From contig CAXTRQ010000146.1 of the NCBI GenBank assembly GCA_964246705.1, positions 1,499 through 15,028 on the forward strand: a stretch of DNA of 13,530 bases, given 5' to 3'. The notes beneath the pieces were generated by a model, which did no database searches, was not told the DNA's origin, and saw only the letters and a program-made list of their open reading frames with translations. The translations under genes and the position numbers were made by a program. The DNA is from an uncultured Pyrinomonadaceae bacterium (GTDB lineage: Bacteria; Acidobacteriota; Blastocatellia; Pyrinomonadales; Pyrinomonadaceae). This document shows positions 7,454 through 13,530 of the stretch, piece by piece (positions within the stretch are counted from its first letter, which is position 1; each line of letters begins with the position of its first letter).

Positions 7454-7834
7454 CTAGAAACTGCGACGAATCAGGTACGAGGCTTTGACGAAGAAGACGC
7501 GGCCATTGCGACGGAAGCCGGGTTCGAGTTGCCCTGTGAACGGGTTGAAGCCGCTGCGGTTGAGGTCGTCGTTGTAACCGGCGTAGAAGGCCGTCCCCGG
7601 ATTCGGCGTCCAGCCGAGTAGAAACTGCCCGCGCACGCGCGAGGCGAGCGTCGAATAGTCAACACGCGCGCGTGCAAAGAGGAAGCGCGTGAACTGGTAG
7701 GTCGAACGCAACGCGAAAATGTTTTCGTCGAAGGCTACACGGTCGTTATCGTTCCGCACTAGACGCTGCTTTACATAGTCGAGCGAGGCGCGCAGAGCGT
7801 CGCTCGGTTGGTAGCTGACATAGGTCTCGATGTT
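7454..7834 (-). pseudogene. C-terminal continuation of the same outer-membrane protein gene (about 125 codons after the TGA, same frame, ends with the beta-barrel-type C-terminus ...FFVKASYLIRRSF); together 7454..9991 is a ~845-codon gene disrupted by a single nonsense codon, or by a sequencing error
   Basis: Both ORF-track entries 7454..7759 and 7835..9991 start at coordinates congruent to 1 mod 3 on the minus strand, so they share a frame. I translated the 75-nt gap 7760-7834 in that frame as NIETYVSYQPSDALRASLDYVKQRL, with no stop other than the TGA at 7835-7837. The downstream part supplies the C-terminal strands expected in OMP beta-barrels. Confidence 0.55.
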
Positions 7835-9991
7835 TCAGAGATTAGCCGGGCCGGGGTCGAGCGCCGCATTCGGGTTCTGCAAGGCTGCCGGGCTGACCCG
7901 TGGGAATCTCTCGCTGGCTCCGAAATCAAAATCAAAAACGTGAAGGTCGCGGATGACCTGCACGAAGAATGAATATTTTTTGCTCGGCGTAGATTCGATG
8001 ATGGCAATGAGGCTGTTCTTATAAGTCGAGCGTTCGGAATCTTCGCCGAAGAAAGCGCCGCGCTGTGTCGCCGTGCGCTTGGGGCCGAACTCTTCTTCGA
8101 TAAGCCTTTCATAGGCGCGGCGATAGCCGAAGGTCAGGAAGGTCTGACGCTGCAAGTTGAGGCCGAACATCGGCTGCACGTCAACACGCTGCGAGCGTCC
8201 CTGCCAGTCGAAACTGGAGACGATTGACGCATTAGCGCGATACGAGACGATGGCGGCTTTCGGCTTCGGCTCTGAATTCCAGCGCGGGTTGAAGCGAATG
8301 GCGTTGGTGTTGGTGCGCGTCGTGAAGCCGACATCGGCGCGATAATCGCGCGTAAATCCATCGCCGTTGATGTTGATGCCGGAATTGCGCCAGGAGCGGT
8401 CGAAACTGAAACGCCACGCGAAGGCGTTTCCGGTGCGGAAGAAGTTGCGCGTCCCGAACGGGACGGGCTGGTTATTAACAAACGTCTGCCCTACGAAGCA
8501 AGGCTCCGTCTCCGCGTGGCCGACAGGATTCGACTTCGCGTCAAAAAAGCACGCGCGCGTATTTGTGCCGAGCACCTGAAAGCTGAGCGTAGTTTTGGGG
8601 TCGAGTTTAAAACGCCCGTCGAGGCCGAGCAGGTGGTTGTGCCGTTCGATGAAATTGTAAGTGGTGGCAATGATGCCGAGCGTGTTCTCACGCCCGAAGT
8701 CGCGCTTCAGGCGCAGCACGCCGATATAACTATTCTTGTCGAGGAATCTCCCGATGACTGGTAGCCGCGCAGGGTTCGCGCGCTCCTCTTCGGTGTAATT
8801 TCCCGGCGCGTTGTCGGATGCCGCGAGCAGACCGAAGGTGTTGCGTCCGAGTTTGCCCGTCAGTTTCGCGGCGTAATCCGGATCAACAATCGCGCGCGTG
8901 TGGACGGCGGTGATGGGCGTTTGAAAGATGTCTTTCCCTTCGAGGAAGAAGGGGCGTTTTTCCTCGAAGAAGATGGGGAAACGCTGGTTGGCCGTGACAA
9001 CGGTAGCGTCCGCCTCGACCTGCGCGAAATCTGGGTTATAAGCGAAGTCGAGCGTGACGGTCGGCGTCAGACTGTACTTGGCCGTGACGCCCATATCGGC
9101 TTCGATGGGTTGGTTGAGGATGCGCCCGGCGTCCGGCGTCGCCGTGCGGGCGTTGGCCGGAAGAAATGAGCGCGCGCGTTTGCCTGTCTCGGAGAGCGTG
9201 ATGCTCGGTATGATTTCGAGCGTGCGCTCGGTCGAGAGTCCTTCGAGACCTGTGACGTAGCCTTCCTGTATGAGCGTGCCGGAGATTTCGCGCGAGAGGG
9301 GCATCCATGAATCGAGTTCGTTGTTGAAGCGTTTAATCGAACGAAAGATGTGCAAGCCCCACAGTTTGTCTTTGCCCGATTCGTAGCGCAGCGATTTGAA
9401 AGGCACGGCGACCTCGACCGTATAGCCTTTCTCATCTACGACGCCCTTTGATTCGTGAACAAAATCAATACTGAAATCCTCGCCGGAGCCTTCGGTGCGA
9501 ATCGCGTCGGCTTGCACGCCAAAGGGATTGAAGAAAAGCTCTGTGGCTTTCCGCTTATCGTTGAAGGTGTCGAGATAGACCCCGATAAAATCATCTTCAA
9601 AAATCTCATCCCGTTTGGAGATAGTGGCGCGCACCTTGCCGGGTTCGTCGTAGGCGCGGAAGGCGAGATAGAGATACTTCGAGTCGTAAGCGATATAGGC
9701 TTCGCTGGGCTGTGAAGGCGGAAGGTTGTCGCCGGGTCGCACTTGATAAAAATCGCGAAAGACAGCGGCCTGCTTCCAAACATCGTCGTCCAACTTGCCG
9801 TCAATGACGGGCGGCTTTTCCAGACGCGGCAACCGCACGGGATGCGTTTTTTCCGGCGGCAGAGTGCTGGCTAATCTCGCCGCGTTCATCTTCGCGGCAG
9901 AGGGTGAAGCGGCGGGCGCGGGCTGCCCTTGAACACACTTGGCAACAAACAGAACGGAGACGAATAACAACAATAACTTCTTCTTCATCAC
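7835..9991 (-). CDS. Outer-membrane protein with N-terminal CBM9-like (carbohydrate-binding family 9-like) domain and DUF5916-type beta-barrel region; this 718-aa ORF is the N-terminal ~85% of a gene interrupted by an in-frame TGA
   Basis: Signal peptide M(M)KKKLLLLFVSVLFVAKCVQG (GTG 9989-9991 or ATG 9986-9988). The CBM9-like motif is IDGKLDDDVWKQAA...FYQVRPGDNLPPSQPSEAYIAYDSKYLYLAFRAYD...DDFIGVYLDTFNDKR, which I recognise from CBM9-like/DUF5916 proteins of Bacteroidetes and Acidobacteria. The ORF ends at TGA 7835-7837 but continues in frame (see next feature). Confidence 0.75.
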   Translation of the reverse strand: MMKKKLLLLFVSVLFVAKCVQGQPAPAASPSAAKMNAARLASTLPPEKTHPVRLPRLEKPPVIDGKLDDDVWKQAAVFRDFYQVRPGDNLPPSQPSEAYIAYDSKYLYLAFRAYDEPGKVRATISKRDEIFEDDFIGVYLDTFNDKRKATELFFNPFGVQADAIRTEGSGEDFSIDFVHESKGVVDEKGYTVEVAVPFKSLRYESGKDKLWGLHIFRSIKRFNNELDSWMPLSREISGTLIQEGYVTGLEGLSTERTLEIIPSITLSETGKRARSFLPANARTATPDAGRILNQPIEADMGVTAKYSLTPTVTLDFAYNPDFAQVEADATVVTANQRFPIFFEEKRPFFLEGKDIFQTPITAVHTRAIVDPDYAAKLTGKLGRNTFGLLAASDNAPGNYTEEERANPARLPVIGRFLDKNSYIGVLRLKRDFGRENTLGIIATTYNFIERHNHLLGLDGRFKLDPKTTLSFQVLGTNTRACFFDAKSNPVGHAETEPCFVGQTFVNNQPVPFGTRNFFRTGNAFAWRFSFDRSWRNSGININGDGFTRDYRADVGFTTRTNTNAIRFNPRWNSEPKPKAAIVSYRANASIVSSFDWQGRSQRVDVQPMFGLNLQRQTFLTFGYRRAYERLIEEEFGPKRTATQRGAFFGEDSERSTYKNSLIAIIESTPSKKYSFFVQVIRDLHVFDFDFGASERFPRVSPAALQNPNAALDPGPANL

Positions 9992-10166
9992 TTTAAATTT
10001 TGAGAGTCTTCAGGATTTGAATGGTTAAAGGAAATTTCAGAATGCTCCCGCTCTTGAATCCCAAAAGCGAGACGAAAAGGAGAAATTATTCTCGAAAGTG
10101 CGAAAGCCTGTGGCGTGTCGGGAGGCGAGCCGTTGAGCAGTTAAGTCGCAAAAAGACCGTAGGAAC

Positions 10167-10973
10167 TTAAGAAACGCGCTGTTTCAGGCCAACCGTCTGC
10201 GCCCGACAGCAGGTGTTGAGCGCAAGGCCCGTGCCCGTCGCCTTCTGTACGGAAGGGCGAAATATTACTTTGTTGCGAATCCTGATTCGCGGCGCATTGG
10301 GATTCGCGCCGCCGTCGCCTTGCGGGGCGACGAAGTTGATTTTGAGAACGTCTTCAAGTTGGCGTCTCGTTTCCCTCGCCCGTTCTTTCGTCCACAGCGC
10401 GCGCCCGGCGAATTGCGCCGCATACCGCATCGCTTCTCTTTCAGTAGCGGCAATGTTCAACTCCCGCCGCGCGGCTCCTCTGTCCGCTACGGCGGGCACG
10501 GATTCTCTCAATTCACGCGGAGCAGGAAGAGCAAGCGCGACGGGAAGATTCGCAACGACGGGCGCTGAAACATTTATCATTCGCGGTTCGCTCTCCAGCG
10601 CGACAAAGTTTGAGGCGATGAAATCCAGCGGCAAGTCAGCATTTTCAACTTTCGAGTGCTTGCGCGGATTTTGATTCTGCGTCGCACGGCTACGCTGTGG
10701 TGGGGCATCATCGTTCTTTCTGATATTTGGAACGACCTGAACGGGGACTTTCGCGGTTTCTAAGCAGGATTGGGAAGTGACCAGCGCGTTCGACTGCGGC
10801 GGCTCGTCGCCGGAAATTTTTTGCGCGTGATAGCTCAGAAAGAGGTTCCAGATTCCCGCCTGTAGGTTATTTCCGGCGGCGTCCCTGAGCGTCGTCAACT
10901 GTCGCGCGGCCTGCGGCATTACGGCGAGTCCCATCAAGAGCACTGTAAAGATGACCACTGAACGATGTTTCAT
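10167..10973 (-). CDS. Hypothetical secreted protein (signal peptide MKHRSVVIFTVLLMGLAVMPQAA), Pro/Ala/Arg-rich, low complexity, no recognisable domain
   Basis: ORF 10167..11000 (minus). I prefer the internal ATG at 10971-10973, preceded by purine-rich GGGTGAGAGAG, because it yields a canonical signal peptide. Stop TAA at 10167-10169. The overlapping plus-strand ORFs look like S/R/A-rich antisense artefacts, but the coding assignment of this region is not strong. Confidence 0.45.
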   Translation of the reverse strand: MKHRSVVIFTVLLMGLAVMPQAARQLTTLRDAAGNNLQAGIWNLFLSYHAQKISGDEPPQSNALVTSQSCLETAKVPVQVVPNIRKNDDAPPQRSRATQNQNPRKHSKVENADLPLDFIASNFVALESEPRMINVSAPVVANLPVALALPAPRELRESVPAVADRGAARRELNIAATEREAMRYAAQFAGRALWTKERARETRRQLEDVLKINFVAPQGDGGANPNAPRIRIRNKVIFRPSVQKATGTGLALNTCCRAQTVGLKQRVS

Positions 10974-11157
10974 CTCTCTCACCCGAAATCTTTCTAACAT
11001 TTAACAACTACTGCCTTCATCTACCCTGAAAACACCACACGCGTTGATTTCGTGGCAAAAAAATTTCGTCGTTCATCACGCTGCATTTCGCTCCGTCCGC
11101 TGCGCCACTTAAACGCACGCCCGCGCCGTCAGGTTTGATTTTTTTCCGCGCCGACGA

Positions 11158-11186
11158 TTGTCGCATGCTCTCTCGCTAGTTATTAT
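11158..11186 (+). promoter_or_regulatory. Candidate sigma70-type promoter for the dipeptidase gene: -35 TTGTCG (11158-11163), 17-nt spacer, -10 TATTAT (11181-11186)
   Basis: Read directly from the sequence. The -10 matches TATAAT at 5 of 6, the -35 matches 4 of 6, and the spacing is 17 nt. It lies in the 341-bp lower-GC divergent intergenic region, about 130 nt upstream of the TTG start. Confidence 0.25.
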
Positions 11187-11314
11187 GTTCGGCGAACCGC
11201 TCGAAAAGTTCCACTGTTTTATTATCCGCCGTGTCAAAATCTGCCGTGACGAACATCGAACGCGTATCGAAGAACGCTTTTGCGAGTTTCTTTCAAATCT
11301 CCGGGAGACCTGCT

Positions 11315-12070
11315 TTGAACCGCATCAATCCTTTTTTTGCAGCCCTCTTCGCGCTCGCCCTGCCGCCCTTTTTTCTTCAAGCGACGCCGACGCACACACC
11401 CGCGCCGACCGAACAAGCGCAGCAGCCTGCGGCGCAATCTCCGAACGAGCCGCCTCAAGAGGTCGGAACTTTCCGCCAACCCGATCTCATCGAACTCGTT
11501 AGGCTTGATCGCACGCTCCGGCTCGACATCCGTTATGCGACGGCGAACAACTTCGTCGGTCGCCCCCTCTACACGCAGGCGCGCGCCTTTCTCCAACGTC
11601 CCGCCGCCGAGGCGCTCGTCCGCGTCCAGCGCGCATTGAGGCGGCAGGGCTACGGCCTCTCCGTCTTCGACGGCTATCGCCCGTGGCAGGTGACAAAGTT
11701 GTTCTGGGATTTAACGCCCGCCGACAAAAAACAGTTTGTCGCTGACCCTGCTCGCGGCTCACGCCACAATCGCGGCTGCGCCGTAGATTTGACACTCTCC
11801 GATCTCCGCACCGGACGGCAGGTCTCGATGCCCGGAGAATATGACGAAATGAGCGAGCGCTCGCACATTAACTACACGGGCGGCACAGCCGAGCAGCGAC
11901 GACTGCGCGACCTGCTCCGCGCCGCGATGGAGGCCGAAGGCTTCACCGTCTATGAGCCTGAATGGTGGCACTATGATTATCAGGACTGGAAACAATATCC
12001 GATTCTGAACCTGAGCTTCGCGGAGCTTGGTCGGACAGTGAAAAGCTCAAAAGCTTTGCCTAAGCATTAA
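11315..12070 (+). CDS. D-alanyl-D-alanine dipeptidase, peptidase family M15D (VanX/DdpX family), with N-terminal signal peptide (exported)
   Basis: The family signature motifs SxHxxGxAxD (SRHNRGCAVD) and ExxH (EWWHYD) are present, along with the conserved DIRYATANNF...VFDGYRPW region. The ORF-track start (GTG 11231) has no SD. The in-frame TTG at 11315-11317 is preceded by GGGAGA (11303-11308, 6-nt spacer) and starts a typical signal peptide MNRINPFFAALFALALPPFFLQA|TP. Stop TAA at 12068-12070. Confidence 0.9.
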   Translation: MNRINPFFAALFALALPPFFLQATPTHTPAPTEQAQQPAAQSPNEPPQEVGTFRQPDLIELVRLDRTLRLDIRYATANNFVGRPLYTQARAFLQRPAAEALVRVQRALRRQGYGLSVFDGYRPWQVTKLFWDLTPADKKQFVADPARGSRHNRGCAVDLTLSDLRTGRQVSMPGEYDEMSERSHINYTGGTAEQRRLRDLLRAAMEAEGFTVYEPEWWHYDYQDWKQYPILNLSFAELGRTVKSSKALPKH

Positions 12071-12224
12071 CGCCCGACCTAGAGCTTTTGAGCGAGATGA
12101 TTTTCGGTTTCATCCCATATAGTGCTCGGCCTGCACCATCTGGCATAAGCAGCTTTTCTCCCGCTCGATTTTTAAAAGAAAAAGCCGAACAGTCTTTCAT
12201 CCGTGTATCTTCAACTGATGACGG

Positions 12225-12238
12225 GCACACGCATTGCA
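12225..12238 (+). promoter_or_regulatory. Candidate sigma54 (RpoN) -24/-12 promoter element GGGCACACGCATTGCA (-24 GG at 12225-12226, -12 GC at 12237-12238) upstream of the FecR-like gene
   Basis: It matches the sigma54 consensus TGGCACG-N4-TTGCW at all invariant positions (GGCAC...TTGC) with the correct 11-nt spacing from GG to GC, and it is oriented toward the gene starting at 12388. An A/T-rich block (12167-12184) and a TGCACCA motif (12132-12138) lie upstream, where an IHF site and an enhancer-binding-protein site would be expected. Confidence 0.4.
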
Positions 12239-12387
12239 CACGCGTCTGGTCAACGGATAAAAGCCCTCGCAAGCGCTTTGACTCTCCGAAAGCATAGCTT
12301 CTTTATCTCCGTACTCGGTCTGCCGCAACCGCGACGGCGCAGCCCTGTTTGGCCTTAAGTTTCAAAATCGAAGGAGCCTCCTGCCCT

Positions 12388-13530
12388 ATGCGTTCACGTC
12401 ACATCTCTTCGCTCGCCTTTCTCACGCTGCTGTTGGCCACTTTCCTGACCGTCGCTGCGCCCTCTGCACGCGCCGCCGACGACGACAACACAGACGACTC
12501 TGCTGACGAATACGATGAACATGCGCGCGTGATGCGTATCAGCTTACTGCGCGGCGAGGTGAGCTTACAGCGCGCGGGAAATGTTGAATGGGAGAGCGCG
12601 AAATTGAATCTCCCGCTCATCGAAGGCGACACGCTAGCGACGGGCAAGGATTCGCGTCTCGAAATACAGTTGGACGCGCGCAACTTCGTGCGCGTCGGCG
12701 CGGACTCAGTGCTGCGTGTCGTCACCCTGCGCGAAGAAGGCATCGCCCTGAGTCTCTCCGAAGGCACGGCGGACATCCGTCTCGCACGATTTGATCATGA
12801 GCATGAATATTTTGAAGTTGATGCGCCGAAGACGACGGTGGCCGCCGAGCAGCGCGGGCTTTATCGTCTCGATGTCGGGCATGATGGGGCGGTACGCGTC
12901 ACCGTCCGCGACGAAGGGCGCGCGCGCATCTACTCGGAAACCTCCGGCTTCAACTTGCGTGAGGGCAAGAGCGCGCGTCTCGTCTCCGACGGTTCCGAAG
13001 AAGGCGATTGGGAGATCGGCTCCGCCGCGTCGTTCGATGATTGGGACAAATGGAATGACGAACGCGAACGCTTCCTCGCCTCACGCCTGCGCTTTGAAGA
13101 CCGCGAGCGTTACTACGACCGCGACATCTGGGGCGCGGAAGAGTTAGACGCTTACGGCGATTGGGCGTACACCAAAGATTACGGCTACGTCTGGCGTCCG
13201 CATGTGACGGTCATCAACAACTATTATAACTGGGCACCGTATCGCTACGGCCACTGGAGTTGGTGTCAGCCTTACGGCTGGACATGGGTGGCGGACGAAG
13301 ACTGGGGCTGGGCTCCGTATCACTACGGGCGCTGGGTCTATTACAACAACAACTGGTGCTGGGCACCGCGCGGCTACGGCTACAACTATCACCGCGCATG
13401 GTGGCGTCCCGCGCTTGTCGCCTTTGTCTATATCCCGACCTCCTTCGGCGAAAACGTCTGCTGGTATCCGTTGCAACACGGCCAGCGCGACCCGCGCGGG
13501 CGCTTCGCATATCACAGAGAACGTCTCACG
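12388..13530 (+). CDS. Partial (3'-truncated by window end) gene for a secreted protein with FecR-like domain followed by a Trp/Tyr-rich tandem-repeat region; absent from the supplied ORF track because it has no stop codon inside the window
   Basis: ATG at 12388-12390 is preceded by AAGGAG (12371-12376). I translated all 381 codons to position 13530 by hand in that frame and found no stop. The signal peptide is MRSRHISSLAFLTLLLATFLTVAAPSARA|ADDD. The FecR-like segment is ISLLRGEVSLQRAGNVEWESAKLNLPLIEGDTLATGKDSRLEIQLDARNFVRVGADSVLRV. The C-terminal region is aromatic repeats (NWAPYRYGHWSWCQPYGWTWVADEDWGWAPYHYGRWVYYNNNWCWAPRGYGYNYHRAWW). The listed minus-strand ORFs 12399..12776 and 13144..13515 are antisense shadows of this gene. 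Confidence 0.8.
   Translation, partial: MRSRHISSLAFLTLLLATFLTVAAPSARAADDDNTDDSADEYDEHARVMRISLLRGEVSLQRAGNVEWESAKLNLPLIEGDTLATGKDSRLEIQLDARNFVRVGADSVLRVVTLREEGIALSLSEGTADIRLARFDHEHEYFEVDAPKTTVAAEQRGLYRLDVGHDGAVRVTVRDEGRARIYSETSGFNLREGKSARLVSDGSEEGDWEIGSAASFDDWDKWNDERERFLASRLRFEDRERYYDRDIWGAEELDAYGDWAYTKDYGYVWRPHVTVINNYYNWAPYRYGHWSWCQPYGWTWVADEDWGWAPYHYGRWVYYNNNWCWAPRGYGYNYHRAWWRPALVAFVYIPTSFGENVCWYPLQHGQRDPRGRFAYHRERLT

Noticed and set aside
7228-7488. 86-aa plus-strand ORF in the 7180..7453 spacer (and 7085..7270 plus)
   Set aside because: It overlaps the ends of two minus-strand genes, has no RBS, and has a low-complexity translation. The spacer is more plausibly regulatory.
7835-7837. Selenocysteine or programmed readthrough at the in-frame TGA
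   Set aside because: The only hairpin downstream starts about 28 nt after the UGA, too far for a bacterial SECIS. There is no Cys/redox context, and TGA is used as a normal stop elsewhere in the window. A nonsense mutation or sequencing error is more parsimonious, so I kept this only as a low-probability alternative.
10213-10674. 153-aa plus-strand ORF overlapping the secreted-protein gene
   Set aside because: It has S/R/A-rich composition typical of antisense translation and no RBS. The minus-strand frame has a signal peptide. Still, the coding assignment of this locus is the weakest in the window.
11231-11314. Upstream GTG start of the dipeptidase ORF as given in the ORF track
   Set aside because: It has no Shine-Dalgarno, and the extra 28 residues (MSKSAVTNIERVSKNAF...) have no signal or TM character. 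The in-frame TTG at 11315 has a GGGAGA SD and begins a canonical signal peptide.
12060-12297. Small ORFs 12060..12272 (minus, 70 aa) and 12088..12297 (plus, 69 aa) in the spacer between the dipeptidase and the FecR-like gene
   Set aside because: They have no RBS and no recognisable features. The region is better explained as the regulatory or 5'-UTR region containing the candidate sigma54 promoter.
12399-12776. 125-aa minus-strand ORF (and 13144..13515, 13214..13510 minus; 12588..12794, 12791..13147 plus)
   Set aside because: Shadow ORFs of the unlisted plus-strand FecR-like gene (12388..13530). They have Ser/Arg/Ala/Pro-rich junk-like translations, whereas the frame-1 plus translation has a signal peptide and a recognisable domain.
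1-13530. Search for CRISPR arrays, tRNA/rRNA, tmRNA/RNase P/SRP motifs, IS-element inverted repeats, integrase or transposase genes
   Set aside because: I found no regularly spaced direct repeats, no tRNA-like cloverleaf candidates with conserved GTTC/TTCGA motifs in intergenic regions, and no transposase-like ORFs. The window looks like core chromosomal envelope-related genes rather than a mobile island.

Overview
High-GC (about 60-65%) bacterial chromosomal segment. Signal peptides and an outer-membrane beta-barrel protein indicate a Gram-negative-type envelope, and the gene content would fit Acidobacteria, but I cannot verify that from the sequence. Most genes lie on the minus strand. From the left, the window holds: (i) a 21-nt poly-C tract at the window edge (16..36); (ii) a YtrA-like module made of a GntR regulator, an ABC ATPase, an ABC-2 permease and a 563-aa membrane-anchored DUF3352-like protein (76..4024). 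Its promoter is a perfect TTGACA -35 overlapped by a 9-N6-9 palindromic operator, and a strong bidirectional rho-independent terminator sits between it and the next gene; (iii) a two-gene unit of a 250-aa single-TM helical protein and a 737-aa SPFH/flotillin-like protein, whose N-terminal half is three tandem copies of an ~85-aa module (4183..7179); (iv) a ~845-aa CBM9-like/DUF5916-type outer-membrane protein gene split by one in-frame TGA into a 718-aa ORF and a 101-aa ORF in the same frame (7454..9991); (v) a small secreted low-complexity protein (10167..10973); (vi) an exported VanX/DdpX-family D-Ala-D-Ala dipeptidase (M15D) on the plus strand, best start TTG 11315 with a GGGAGA Shine-Dalgarno (..12070); (vii) a plus-strand gene missing from the ORF track because it runs off the window end (12388..13530, 381 codons, no stop). 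It encodes a signal peptide, a FecR-like domain and a Trp/Tyr-rich tandem-repeat region, and is preceded by a near-consensus sigma54 -24/-12 element. I saw no rRNA, tRNA, CRISPR array or clear mobile element. Many long ORFs in the track are antisense shadows of real genes, as expected at this GC content.
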